NCBI GenBank assembly: GCA_951406725.2
Contig: OX597835.1
Span: 11,718,001 to 11,782,000 of the forward strand
Length of the DNA: 64,000 bases
Origin: Octopus vulgaris
Lineage: Eukaryota
Direction: 5' to 3'
Part shown: piece by piece, positions 28,771 to 44,605 of the stretch
Layout of the letters: each line of letters opens with the position of its first letter
Numbering within the stretch: position 1 is the stretch's first letter
Notes under the pieces: generated by a model
What the model was told of the DNA's origin: nothing
The model's input: only the letters and a program-made list of their open reading frames with translations
The model's database searches: none
Made by a program: the position numbers and the translations under genes

Positions 28771-30622
28771 TATATATATATATATAGGTAAATGTAAAAA
28801 AAACACAAACTGGAACAAGAACGCAAAACATTTAGAAGACGATACAAAAAAACGGACGGGACATTCGATCTTCAGTCAAGAACTGGATCATCTTCGCAAT
28901 TTCGGCTGATTAATCTTGAGATTGCTCCGACCTGGCCAGCCCCAAAGGAAAATCTAAATCAAGCGCATTAGATTCCTTGGAAGAAAGCCTCGAATGTATA
29001 CAAAACAAAGACGGGAACGAATAAGAATACAAAAGTACGTAAAATTAATAATGATAACACGAATAAGAATAAGAAAATACGTAAAACAATAATGATAATA
29101 ATAATAACAAAAACAGGACGTTACAGACAGGCGTCTTTTCGACAGGACAGGTGAACTTGAGCTGGCGTATTGAAAAAATGCCTGAAGGCGAAGAGAGAAA
29201 AATAAAATGTGTCTAGCCTATACGGCCGTTGATCACGAAAAGGCAGGAGAGCAGTCCAAAGTTAGTCACGTGTGAGAAGAGAGGAGAGAAAAGTGGGACA
29301 GAGGAAGAGAGAAAAAAAGGGGAACAAGGAACAAAGGAGGAGGAGGAGAGAGAGAGAGAGAGAGAGAAAGAGACGGGTCAAAGTAGAGTGCAAAGTGTGA
29401 AAGGCAGAGAAATGTAGGAGATGGAGAGAGAGAGAGAGAGACAGTGTTATAGAGTCGTACCATGTATTAGAGAGAAAATGTATTTTACATACAATATCAA
29501 ATATATATGTACCAGATAAGGTTATCCATGTACTGCACCGCATATCTTTACAATCAGATGCATTTAATCCAGACGTTCAACGGACCAACATTGTGCAGGC
29601 GAAAGCTGGACATGGAGATAAAGACTTTAAGGATATTTGGTGTTAGTTTTTCTTTATCGAAGCCAGAGTTCCAGTTATATAGACTTCCCCATAATTGAAT
29701 GGTCATCTCCTATTTAGTCTGTACGGAATCATTATTCAAAATTCTTCTTAAAATACATCAAAGTGTTCCATTAATCTTTACTTTGAATTGCGGTAAAACC
29801 CTGCCATTTACCAGGTCGCAGTTTGTGCGCCGAAAATTTTGACACTAAATAATATATAAGTGAAGTCAATAGGTTTTTCTTTGTTTCTTTTTTATATTTT
29901 CAATCACTAATATGTATCTTTCATACTATAATTCCTTATTTATCCGAAAAGTCTTTACTTGTAGAAAGAGCTTGTATTCAGAAATTTTGTAGCGCTTACG
30001 CTGCTAGTGAAGCTTCCATTAGCACGCGAGGTACGGGAAATATTTTTGTTTCCTGAAGTGTGTGTGTGTACATTTTAGTGCCACTGTTGATGTTGCTGTT
30101 GTTGTTAGCATTGTTGTAATTGTTGCTGACGATGAAAATATTACCACCTCGGGCTAGTCATGCTAGCGTTTTTAGCTGTTAAATTATTTGCTTTTTGTTC
30201 ATGTTCAAGATTAATATCTTGCTTTACAATAAAATTGATATAGTCTTTTATATATATATTTGTTATCTGTTTGTGAACTATGCTATTTTGTTCATTGTTG
30301 ATATTCTTTGGGGCTCGTATCTAGAAGACGCCATCTTAGCACGAATCTACACAGAGATGGAGAAATAAAATAATCATAAACAAAAGAACCGACATTATGT
30401 CTACCCCGGTATGGGGTAGACTCCGACAAGTTGGAAAGAACTGATTGTGAATAGTTGAACTAAGACAAGCTGATTGTGAAGAATTCGAAGGAAAAAATGT
30501 TTTCACTTTGATTGGCAAAAGAGAAAGATATCAAATCGCCAAAAAATTGGAGAAAGCGCAGGTGCATGTACTCATAATTCTACGTTCAATAATAATAATA
30601 ATTAATTCTTTTTATTGGCCAC

Positions 30623-30715
<93 letters not shown>

Positions 30716-31064
30716 CGCCTTTAGGATATCTACCGGGTATTGATAGTCGACCCTGTAGAAAGCTTTCAAGTGATCTACATTGACCAAAGTCCCAACCAAC
30801 CTCGGTTCTTTTCTCACCCCTTCTTGGTCTTATACTAGTAATTTCATAACAACTGATTACTGTTATGTTGTATATCGTTGTTTCAATGCAGTCCAAAAGC
30901 TCCGATTATTCTGCGCTCATTGAAATTACCACTGGCATATATTTTGCGTAGTGTTTGGTATTGGCTTCTCTCTTTATGACTTTGATCTTGAAGGACTTCC
31001 GTACAGAACTTCAGAGTATTATGAGAATATGATCAGTCTAAAACAATCCCGGATGCTGTTTACT

Positions 31065-31466
31065 CTTTTTTTACTCTTATTACTTGTTTCAGTCAGTTGA
31101 CTGCGGCCATGCTGGAGCACCGCCTTTAGTCGATCAACTCGACCCCGGGACTTATTCTTTGTAAGCCCAGTACTTGTTCTATCGGTCTCTTTTGCCGAAC
31201 CGCTAAGTGACGGGGACATAAACACACCAGCATCGGTTGTCAAGCAATGCTAGGGGGACAAACACAGACACACAAACACACACGCACACACACATATATA
31301 TATACATATATACGACGGGCTTCTTTTCAGTTTCCGTCTACCAAATCCACTCACAAGGCTTTGGTCGGCCCGAGGCTATAGTAGAAGACACTTGCCCAAG
31401 GTACCACGCAGTAGGACTGAACCCGGAACCATGTGGTTGGTTAGCAAGCTACTTACCACACAGCCG
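31065..31466 (-). mobile_element. SINE family B
   Basis: Homology to 60094-60530. Confidence 0.9.
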
Positions 31467-32037
31467 TTTTTGAAATCTTTATAATCAGACAGGAAGACAA
31501 TTCCATGACACCTCAGAGACAAGAGTGTATGAGAGAGAGAAAATATCTTGAAACTCCATCCGAATGATTGCTCCAAGACACTTATATAAAAGTAATTCAG
31601 TGACAAACTGTGTTATTAAACCAGCCGATAAATAAAGTCTATTACAAATGGGCTCAGCTGGACTTGAACTTAGAATGAAAAGGGACGGAAAAATAATACT
31701 AGGTATTCAGTTCAATATTCTTGCAGTTCCGCCAATCCACTACACAGGAAATGGTAAGGTATTTTTTTTTTTATCGGCCCCTCATAGGATGAAGGACAAA
31801 GTTCGTCTCGGAGGGAATCGAAGTCATAGAGGCGAGTATCAGAACGAAAACAGCGAAGTATTTTCTACCACACGCTGAAAGAACTCTGTCACTTCAGCAC
31901 CCGTCACCCGCCACCCGCCACCTCTGAGAATCAGAATAATTTCAGGGTATTATATATTTATTTCTCAATTTACAATAGCTGAGCGAAAATTTTCATTTCC
32001 GATGTCTTTTCCATATTTCTGTATGAAGATAAAAAAG

Positions 32038-32068
<31 letters not shown>

Positions 32069-32255
32069 TGTATGTATGTATGTATGAATATGTACATATA
32101 TATGTGTATGTGTGTGTAAGTTTGTGTGTCAGTCCATGTGTGTATAACGTGCAAATATACATATACATATAAAAATATATGTGTATATATGAATATATGT
32201 ATAAATGCATATATGTATATATATAAGCATATATCTATATGTCTATATATATATA

Positions 32256-32294
<39 letters not shown>

Positions 32295-32387
32295 GCATAT
32301 ATATACATATATATTTATATGCATGACCATATTTCTATTTTAGCTTCAGAATACCCTTGCATGTGCTGTTATATAATAATAATGATG

Positions 32388-32421
<34 letters not shown>

Positions 32422-33058
32422 CAACAACAGCAACAATAACAATAACAACAATCAGTGGAGAGCCAGCAGAAGCAAAAAAAGAAAAATATCACAACGAGTT
32501 ATTTATGTGAGGAATAAATTTATTCAAATATATTCAAAGATAGCCTTTGTAAACGCGACACTATTAAAGCTAATAATCTTCATTTGAGACTGCAATTTCA
32601 TACACAACATTTTCTTCTTGACTTCGTTAATAAGTGAGATATTTAAAGCATACATGCTTTTGAGATACATACAAGGCAAGTTCGGTTCAGTTTTTTCATG
32701 GAACTAAGAATACAATGGAGTATACTTTTATGGAATAAATATTAAAAATAGAACGCTATTGATTTATCAAATAAATATATTCCTTCTTTAATATTTTTCT
32801 ATCTTCAAGATTATGAGTTTATCTTCCGAAAATCGTTCATCGACGCTAGTCTTCTTTTTTTTCATTTGAAGTTTGTAATAAACTTTATATCACATACACA
32901 CACAAACACACACAAACACACACATACACACGCACACACACACACACACACACATGCACGTACAGGTATATGTATTACATGTACGTATATATATAAACAC
33001 ACACATATATATATACATATATATTTATATACATATATATACATATATATATATATAC

Positions 33059-33115
<57 letters not shown>

Positions 33116-33150
33116 CATACATACATACATGCATACATGCATACATATAC

Positions 33151-33181
<31 letters not shown>

Positions 33182-33487
33182 GACTTTTATGTATACATTA
33201 CATAACTACAACCATACATTATGCACACATATACATTTGTATACAATACAATTTTTTTATGGATGTATGAAGGTATGTGTATATGCATGTTAATATAAGG
33301 ACGTGTTTGTAATTGAAAGCCAAATAATCGCCAAACCAGAGTAAACAACTGGATGCTAGCTTATGAAATAGAATATAATAAAATATTATGATTTATCTGC
33401 AGACAGACGAACTAGTGTTTCACTTACTTTTCGGCTTTTTGAATGGGCTTTCATAAACTATGAATCTACATCATGTATATATGTATG

Positions 33488-33557
<70 letters not shown>

Positions 33558-33565
33558 TATGTATA

Positions 33566-33632
<67 letters not shown>

Positions 33633-33709
33633 ATATGTATGTATGGTATATGTATATGTATGTATATATATGTATATAGATATGTATGATGTATATGTAT
33701 GTATATATA

Positions 33710-33805
<96 letters not shown>

Positions 33806-34441
33806 GTATATATGTATAAATATGTGTGTGTGTGTGTGTTTGTGTGTATATACAATGGGAGGAGGAAAAAGATACAACTTAGTATTGACGTTCACAAAAT
33901 TATCGTCGAAAGATATTTTTTTCGCCAGTTAGAATGTAGATCATTATTTTGTATCATAAAATATTTGTTATTTCGGTGTTTCTGTATTTCATAAATTACG
34001 TTTCAAAAAACAGTCATATCGGAAAATTGTTTATTCTGAAAAATAAAGTCGACGTCAGTGATTTGTGTACCGAAAATCTCTCACTTGGTAATATATACTA
34101 ACACGTTTATTGTAATATTTGATATTTTCAGCGCCATTCATCGCTAGTGACAGACTTGACCAAAAGAGCTTGTCACCAAACCCAAGGTACAAACAGTCAT
34201 ACAGACCGTTGACGAACTTTTATACGAAGCTACCCCAGCAAACCCATGCCTGGTTAATGCCTAGACTTGCCACAAAACTCTCTTAGCAGTGTTCATAACT
34301 AATTCTTTTCCTGTAAGAACAGAATACATTCTTCGAGTAAAGGTGTCTTAAGTAAATTATTTGGTTATATATGGTATTACCACTGACTGAAAGTTTCCCC
34401 GACCAACGTTAACCTTTGGTGAAACAATAACAGCAACAACA

Positions 34442-34830
34442 GTGGAGGCCCAATGGCCCGGTGGTTAGGGCAGCGAACTCGCGGTCGGAGGATCGCGGTT
34501 TCGATTCCCAGACCGGCAGTTTTGTGTGTTCATTGAGCGAAAACACCTAATTCTCCACGAGACTCCGGCAGGGGGTGGTGGCGACCCCTCTTGTACTCTT
34601 TCGCTCCAACTTTCTCTCACTCTTTCTTCCTGTTTCCTCTCCCCGACTTCCTACGCAACCGCTGAGCCTGGATGCGCATTCATCCATCCATCGATGCTCT
34701 GGGTGTCGGGGGTTGACCTGCTTTCTCTTCTGCGGGTCTTACGAATAGCAAAGGACCACGTTTCGGACTTCTCCCACTGCAGACATGGGACGAAGACCGC
34801 TTCCTCAACAAACAAACAAGCAAACAGCAA
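34442..34830 (+). mobile_element. SINE family A (tail type 3, ends in (AAAC)n)
   Basis: Family A head and body, then a distinct tail from about 34636. Confidence 0.9.
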
Positions 34831-35381
34831 GAACAAATTAAATGCCTTTCTATTAATACAATTTTATCAACTGCTGATACTTGACCAAAATACCCATTAG
34901 CAATGTTTTCTTTTGTACGGATGTTTACTAATTTTCCCCTATTTCCTGGTTTTTTGCTGGTGATTGGTCGCCTCGAAGTCTTATATCCAGGTGTGAGTGA
35001 CCTTAAAACAGTAACCTAGTAGTAACTGAGTGGGTGAAAAATAGGAATGGGGAAAATAGAGATTTGCAAAAGCAAATTTAAAAACAATTGAAAATGAAAT
35101 ATTTGGATAAGGTAAACGAAGTCTTTACCGACAATACACGTACATAATCCATCAAGCAAGAAAATATCTAGGTGAAAGAAATGAATGAAATCATAGGAGA
35201 AAAAAATAATGGAAAAATTAAATCATATCACAGGGTAGACACAATTCCTAAGAATTCGGTTCCGGTTGTTGTTTTCTAACTCTGGTTTTCTAAAATATGT
35301 CGCAAACTTATTAGGATTTCGTAGGTCACAAATCCCCTAATCACACATTCAGTTAAATAGAATTGTAATCTCGAAATTTCG

Positions 35382-35719
35382 GAGACCCCCTTCGGTCACA
35401 ACACAGACCATGGGATTGCACCTAGAAAGTTACCCTCCTAGACACAAGTCCGGGCGAGGTTGTTTATGGAAGACCAGCAGTCGCCCATGCATACCAGCCT
35501 CCCCTCTCCACGCCACCAGTGTTATCCAAGGGAAAGACAAAGGTCGATACAGCTTGGCACCAGTGACGTCGCAACTCATTTCTACAGCTGAGTGAACTGG
35601 AGCAACGTGAAATAAAGTGCCTTGCTCAAGAACACAACACGTAGCCCGGTCCGTGATTCGAGCTCACAACCTCACGATCGTGAGCTCGACGCTCTAACCA
35701 CTGAGCCATGCGCCTTCAC
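35382..35719 (-). mobile_element. SINE family D, full-length
   Basis: GTGAAGGCGCATGGCTCAGTGGTTAGAGCG...CTCGAATCACGG head; CORE-like TGTTCTTGAGCAAGGCACTTTA...CCAGTTCACTCAGCTG. Confidence 0.85.
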
Positions 35720-36425
35720 AATTTAGGAGCATAAATTATGTCAATATTTTTTGCTTTGGCAGCAGTTTCTCTGCATCTTTAAGGCGTGATTATTTAGGAT
35801 TATGGTTATTTAAAATATAAGCGTTTAAATATGCCAACAAGACATTTCTCAAACTCCAACTAATCCTTAGCTCTTCTAAACACCTCCTCCACTGATGCAC
35901 TATTCCATTGACAACCTTCTAAATATTTGCTGACGTATGCAGTTCTTCAGGGTATTCGCGAACACTTATGGAAGTGTCATGTGTTATTTATGTAAGAATC
36001 TTATTGAGATAACTTTCTTCGTGACAACTATTTCCGCTTCAATCATCTTCGCATCCTTCCTATTTCCTGAGCTTTTTTTCTCATCTTCTTTGTTTTATTT
36101 TTTGTGATGGGGGCGGTTCTTTGCTCTTAGATACCTCGATTTTGATGCTGATTTCTTTCGATTTTTTTTTTCCAGTTTTGAAATGACCTCAATTATTCTT
36201 AGCAAATAATCTGCTTCAAACGATTGGAGAAATGCATTAGAATATTAAAATAATATGAGTTCGCATAATATAGAGCAAAAGACAAAAGAAAAAGTATAAG
36301 CCCTCAGTGGTTCTCTTCCCTTCACTGAGAATTCTCCCTCGCTCTTATTTCTCAGTAAACTCTCTTTCCCTCCGTCTCTTACTCCGAAAGCAACTGTACG
36401 TAGCAGCAGCAGCATTTCCTCTTGA

Positions 36426-36760
36426 TCCTTTCTGTCGAAGAGCGTAGGCTCGAAACATAAAATACCCTTCCTGAATGTTCACTAAGACACCTGCATGCTG
36501 TTCCTACGCCTCGTGGACCTTGAGTTACTCTGTTACTTCTGCTTAATATTCATATGTAACTACATATGGAAGGTTGGCGACGTTTTCCCTCCATCTTCCT
36601 TTTCCCTTGGACTTACCTCAGTCTCCTGCTTCTGAAGAAGAGTTTTGCTCTAAACGTAAAACTACCTTTCTTTCCTTGGGCGTCTGTTAATACTTTGCAT
36701 GTACCACGTCCTTGCGTTGTTGTTTTTCTTTTTCTTGTGTTTCTTCTTCGTTTCTTTGGG
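36426..36760 (+). mobile_element. Penelope-like pseudo-LTR dimer with two decayed hammerhead motifs 200 bp apart
   Basis: CTGTCGA-A-GAGCGTAGGCTC-GAAACATA (36432) and CTGAAGA-A-GAGTTTTGCTC-TAAACGTA (36632); downstream sequence resembles 7640-7760 and 8160-8220. Confidence 0.6.
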
Positions 36761-36780
36761 TGGGAGGATTATATATATAT

Positions 36781-38095
<1,315 letters not shown>

Positions 38096-38102
38096 TAGAT
38101 AG

Positions 38103-38142
<40 letters not shown>

Positions 38143-38198
38143 TATCTCGCTGTCTATCTATCTACCCATCTATCTATCTATCTATCTATCTATCTATG

Positions 38199-38253
<55 letters not shown>

Positions 38254-39199
38254 GTAACTATCTAGCTAGCTAGCTCTCTCTCTCTCTCTCTCCCTTCCCG
38301 CTTCTTTCTTTCTCTCTCTCTCTCTCTGCCCACTGTATACAGAAACACATATTGGCACATTATGTAACATGTCTTCTCAGTCGTTATTGATATAACATTG
38401 CATTGTGTATTTCACCAAGTTTCCTTACTTCCAAATAGTTTTTTTGTTGTATGCACGGAATTTCCTGTAGCAATAACTATACAGAAACTATTACATTCTC
38501 ACTCATCTGTCAGACTCCCTTAGTAAGCAACATTTTGTACATCATGAACATGTGAAGGTTTTTCTTTTGTAACGTGAACTATGATATTTTTCTTTTGTAT
38601 GCGTTTCATAACCAGATTGTTACTCCATTCAGTTTTTACTATCTCATTTTCTCAATTTGGAAAACACGTTGCTGAAATGAAGGATATAAATAATATTTTA
38701 ATTAATTTCTGCTTCTATATAAAAAAAAAAAACGTTTCTAATATGGTTTGTTGGTGTTTCTCTCATTGAGAGAATTTACCATAGAAGATAACAAAGGTGC
38801 CTGTCTTTGACTCCGAGAACTTTTTCATTGACAGCCTTGCAAAGATTAATTTAAATTAATATTAAATGTTGACATGGTTCCTTTTGCTTTTTCTTTCTTT
38901 TCTTTTTTTTGTATACCACGTAAAACATTCGGTAACAATTCTTCAAATCTCCAATGGCATTTCTACGGATAAACTCTGTTATTCCCATAACATTCTTCGT
39001 GACAACCATTTCCGTTTCAATCATCTCAACATGATTCTCATTTCCATAAATTTTCTCTTATATTCCTGGATATTCGTTGGTTTGTATTTTCTGGAACCCA
39101 GAAAGGTCACCGAACTGTGTAACGCATATTATTACCATAATTCAATAGTCATTATTCAATAGTCATTATTCAATTTTTATCACGTGTTTTCCCTGTACT

Positions 39200-40015
39200 T
39201 CCGAACGGATCCCTGTGTACCTTGGCTACATGCTGTAATTCATTTAATGTTATTTTCACTATATTAAAAGGGCTTTATGATGCATAGTAGTGCTATTTTC
39301 TGTCTCATATGTATTCGTAATCCCTGTTTTTTTTTCTTTTCTTATGTATCTGCCTGTGTGTTCCTTAATCATGTCTAATGCACCTAATATTATAGCAGCA
39401 GTTGTTTCTGTTTTTAGACTTCACATTAGGGTTATAACTATTTCCAGAGTTTTGTACTTTGAGAGTTTATTCGTTTCTTCTAGAAACACATAATCATCTC
39501 TTCAATTGATACATCGATTAGAGTGGAGGCGCAATGGCTCAGTGGTTAGGGCAGCGGACTCGCGGTCATAGGATCGCGGTTTCGATTCCCAGACCGGGCG
39601 TTGTGAGTGTTTATTGAGCGAAAACACCTAAAGCTCCACGAGGCTCCGGCAGGGATGGTGGTGATCCCTGCTGTGCTCTTTCACCACAACTTTCTCTCAC
39701 TCTTACTTCCTGTTTCTGTTGTACCTGTATTTCAAAGGGCCGGCCTTGTCACTCTCTGTGTCATGCTGAATATCCCCGAGAACTACGTTAAGGGTGCACG
39801 TGTCTGTGGAGTGCTCAGCCACTTACACGTTAATTTCACGAGCAGGCTGTTCCGTTGATTCGGATCAACCGGAACCCTCGTCGTCGTAACCGACGGAGTG
39901 CTTCCTTCCACATCGATTAGAAGGCATTTTTTCTTGATAATCTCTGACAACTATATACAGTCTATTAGATTTGACGTCACTATCTGTAAGTATTCCAGAC
40001 TATGTTTGCTTTGTC
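39200..40015 (-). mobile_element. Decayed R4/Dong-like LINE 3' region interrupted by SINE A
   Basis: LLIDV|SIEE...LEETNKLSKYKTLEIVITLM*SLKTETTAAIILGALDMIK reads across the SINE insertion; related to 57055-57275. Confidence 0.75.
39523..39909 (+). mobile_element. SINE family A (tail type 4) with 12-bp TSD
   Basis: TSD ACATCGATTAGA at 39511-39522 and 39910-39921; near-identical to 63420-63803. Confidence 0.95.
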
Positions 40016-40019
40016 CTTT

Positions 40020-40346
40020 TCTGAGGGTTGTTTAAGGATGTTGAACGAAACACCCATGTTTCCAGGAGGTGAATTATTCAAACCCCAAATAATCCCTCAC
40101 ATCACATGGCTATGATGCTCCACCACAGCTTCTGATCGTGATCAGAGATGCACATATCGTCAGCCACTGAAGGACATGCTCAACTGGTTAAGGTGAAACA
40201 ACTGACAAGCAAAACTGTGGTATTGAGCAGAATATTTGCTGTAGCCCATCTTTTATACCAAGACAAAACAATGTACATGATAACACTTCCATTCAGTTAA
40301 GATGAGAAGCCACGAGAGCCACTGCCTGGTACTGCATCAGGGCATT
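40020..40346 (-). mobile_element. Element E, 5' part
   Basis: Homology to 41930-42245. Confidence 0.85.
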
Positions 40347-40374
40347 TATTATTATCATCATCATTATTATTATT

Positions 40375-40409
<35 letters not shown>

Positions 40410-40441
40410 TGTTATTGTTATTGTTATTGTTGTTATTATTA

Positions 40442-40481
<40 letters not shown>

Positions 40482-41499
40482 AAATATGAGATAATTTCCT
40501 TGATGAAATTCCTTGAGAAATACCAGTTACGAAATTCGAAACTGCTGTCTTCAAATTAAAGCATAACTCTACATATCCGCACCGGTTTATATTAGTATTT
40601 AAACATACCATCATCATTCGTATAACCGTCAAGATTATCTTGTATTAAAACATCCCATTTAACGTTTTCAAAAGAAGACGCAACCACAAAGGATGATAAA
40701 TGTTGCTTACTTCCTGAATTAGTCGTCTTGTGTCATTTATATTTTGGTTAGAACTTGTTCTATCGATCCGTATTTATGATATGCTTTATCATTTCGACCG
40801 GAAAAGTACACTGATTTAAATTCAAATTGCTTGTCAGTTTTAGGATTTTAGAAATAAGAAATAATGAATGCGGATTGATTGCTTGCTTCACTCAACCATG
40901 CAATTACGCCAATACCATCGAATTCATTAGATCGACTCAATTATTGGAAAGAATTTTCATTTTATTTGGTCTTTTTTTTTTAGAGTTTAAAAGAACGTTA
41001 TATAACTTTTTTTGCTGTCCTAATATGTAATTGACAGAAATCGTCGAGACACTGTCAATACCTTTCTCAAAACTACTACTACTACTACTACTACTACTAC
41101 TGTTACTACTGCTGCTTCTAATACTAATACTGTTTCTGCTGCTGCTGCCGTTGCTGCTGCTGCTATGCTACTGCTACTGATTGTGTTACATGATCAAAGG
41201 AAGGATATCATCGATTTAATCGACCTCGGTATGTTATCTTATTATTTTTTTTTTTATCTTTTACTTGTTTCAATCACTAAACTGCGGCGATTCTGTGGCC
41301 CCACCTTGAAGAATTTTACCCTAACGTATCAACTCCAGTACCTACTTCTTTTTAGTCTGGTACTAATTCCATCAGTTCCTTTTTGCTAAATCGCTAAGTT
41401 ACGACGAGGTCGTCCAGCACTGGTGAGGAACAAACACAGATACAAAGCCACACACACACACACGTCTCTATATATATAAATAAATATAAATATAAATAT

Positions 41500-42242
41500 A
41501 TCTGTGGTATTGAGCAGAATATTTGCTGTAGCCCATCTTTTATACCAAGACAAAACAATGTACATGATAACACTTCCAATCTGTTAAGATCAGAAGCCAT
41601 GAGAGCCACTGCCTGGTACTGCATCAGGGCATTTATTATTATTATTATTATTGTTATTATTATTATTATTATTATCATTATTATTATCATTATTATTATT
41701 GAGTGAGAGGAGAGTGCATGCCATCAAAGTGACACTGGGATAAAATATACGAAGCCCAGTATACCCGTCATGACTACCTGTCTGATAAGGGTACACCAGG
41801 CACATGCATCACAACCATATGTGCGCAACATGGTGATCTCATATCAAGATAAACAGCGCATAGCCTTGCAGATAGGGCTCAGTTAGAATTTTCTTCAGGT
41901 CGAGTAACCCATCCCGTTCAAAAGGTCCCTGTATAAGGTTTGTTTTAGGTTGATGAACGAAACACCCATGTTTCCAAAGGTGAATTATCCAAACCTCCAA
42001 GAATTCCTTTCAACACACGGCTATGATGCTCCCCCACTACTTCTGCTCGTGGACAGAGATGCACATATCGTCAATCGGTCAGCTGGTTAAGGTCAAACAA
42101 CTGACAAGCAAATCTGTGGTATTGAGCAGAATATTTGCTGTAGCCCATCTTTTATAGCAAGACAAAACAATGTACACGATAACACTTCCAATCAGTTAAG
42201 AAGAGAAGCTATGAGAGCCACTGTCTGGTACTGCATCAGGGC

Positions 42243-42308
<66 letters not shown>

Positions 42309-43000
42309 GAAAGCGGTGAGCAGGCAGAACCGTTAGTAAAATGCTTAGCCTCATTTCGTCTGTCTTTATGCTCTGAGATCAAATCCCACCGAGGTCTGCT
42401 TCGCTTTGCATTCTTTCGGGGTCGATAAATTAATTATGAGTTGAATATTGGGGTCAATGTTATCATCTTAACCCCTTCCCGAAAATTTAGGAGAAAAGAT
42501 TATCATGATTATTTTTGTGGGGTGAGAGAGCAATGCATGCCTTCAAAATGACATTGAGGTACATATATACAAAACCCAAAATACCCATCACGATTACCTG
42601 TCTGATAAGGGGACACCACCCATATACATCACAACCATATGTGTGCGGCATGGATAGGATAAACAGCACAGGTGGAGACTCAGTTAGAATTTTCTTCAGG
42701 TCGTGTAGCACACCCCGCTCAAAAGGTTCCTGAATAAGGTTTGTTTACGGATGGTGAAAAAACACACCCACGTTTCCAGATGTGAATTATTAAAATCCAA
42801 AGAATTCCTGACTATGATGCTCTCTAACTACTTCTGCTCGTGATTAAGAGATGCACGTATTGTCAGCCACTAATTGACAAATCTGCAGCATTGAGCAGAA
42901 TATCTGCTGTAGCCTATTTTTACTGAACATGTACATGATCGTACTTCCAATCAATTAAGATTAGAAGCTATGAGAGCCACTGCCTATTACTGTATCAACG
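41500..43000 (-). mobile_element. Element E cluster (41500-41632 partial; 41701-42245 full; 42520-43000 older), with SINE C at 42311-42490
   Basis: Mutual homology; the copies are separated by (ATT)n tracts. Confidence 0.85.
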
Positions 43001-43333
43001 CATACACATGAGAGCCTTTAGTCCTGTGTGATTTTGAAATTAGTTAACTATTACAGAAACCTAGATCGTCAGGCACAGTAAACCGAATGGTGACGATGCA
43101 GGAAGTCGATGATGGCTACCGGAAATCCGGCTGTACTGGTCAAAGTGTCACATGGTGTTGTTAGCAGTGAGATCCACGCACACATACACACACATACATA
43201 CATAAATATATATATATATATATACACACATATATATAAGCATATATTATACACACGCATACCTACACGCACACACATATAGAAGGTGAGAGAGAAGGCC
43301 AAAGAGAAAGAAAGAAAGAAAGAAGGAAAGCAA

Positions 43334-43365
<32 letters not shown>

Positions 43366-43879
43366 ATAGAGAAAATGAAAGAAAGAAAGAAGGAAAGCAA
43401 GGAAGAAAGAGAGACAGAGAGACTTTTACCCATCAGAAATGAAAGATAGGCAAAAATAAAGATCGCAAAATTGTTACAAACAATTACAAATCAAAAAAAC
43501 AAACCAACAAACAAACAGAATTAAAATAATTAACAAACAATAATGGAATCGTTAAATTTCCAATATTAGTCTTTATGTTATTTCCAGTTAATTTCATTAA
43601 GATCTTTTAATTCTTCCTATGAATTTTTTGTTTCCTTATTATTAGTATTTAATTCATTTTAGAAATTTCAAGTGTAAAAACGAAAATATAGGAAAAATTT
43701 TGTTGTTTTCCTACTTCTCCCCTCCTCCATTTTCTCGTTTTTCTTCTTTTCTTCGTCTTCTTTTTTCTTATTTTAAATCTTATTCTCCCATTTCTTCTTC
43801 CTCTCCCATTTCTTCTTCCTCTTCTTTTTCTTCTTCTTCTTCTTCTTCTTCTTCTCCTCCTCCTCCTCCTCCTCCTTCT

Positions 43880-43910
<31 letters not shown>

Positions 43911-44318
43911 CATCCTCTTCTTCTTCTCCTTCTCCTTCTTCTTCTTCTTCTTCTTCTTCTTTTACTTCTTCTTCTTTCCTCTTCTCCTCCTCCTCCTCCT
44001 TCTTCATCATCATCATCATCATCATTATCATCCTCTTCTTCTTCTTCTCTTCTCCTCCTCTTTCTTCTTCTTCTTCTTCTCCTCCTCTTTCTTCTTCTTC
44101 TTCTTCTTCTTCTTCTCCTCCTCCTCCTTCTTCTTCATCATCATTATCTTCTTCTTTTTCTTCTTCTCTTCTCTTTCTTCCTTCTCTTCTTTTATTTCCT
44201 TTTCTATTTTTTCTCATTACCATTACTACCAGTACTACTACTACTACTAATAATAATATTAATAATAATGATGATGATGATGATGATGGTGGTGGTGAAG
44301 ATGATGATGATGATAATG

Positions 44319-44363
<45 letters not shown>

Positions 44364-44565
44364 GTTTCTCGCAAATTTTTTTGTCAAAATTTCAATGTCG
44401 ATATATCTTATTTGACACCCACAAACACACACACACACACACACACGCAGACACCACACAAACAACAGGCGCATACATATCACGCAGGCACACGCACACA
44501 CACACACACACACACACAAATACCTGCCACACACACATAATACACGCACATATCAATAAACAGAC

Positions 44566-44605
<40 letters not shown>

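Noticed and set aside
43050-43175. GC-richer island with possible splice sites
   Set aside because: All plus-strand frames hit stops and there is no recognisable motif.
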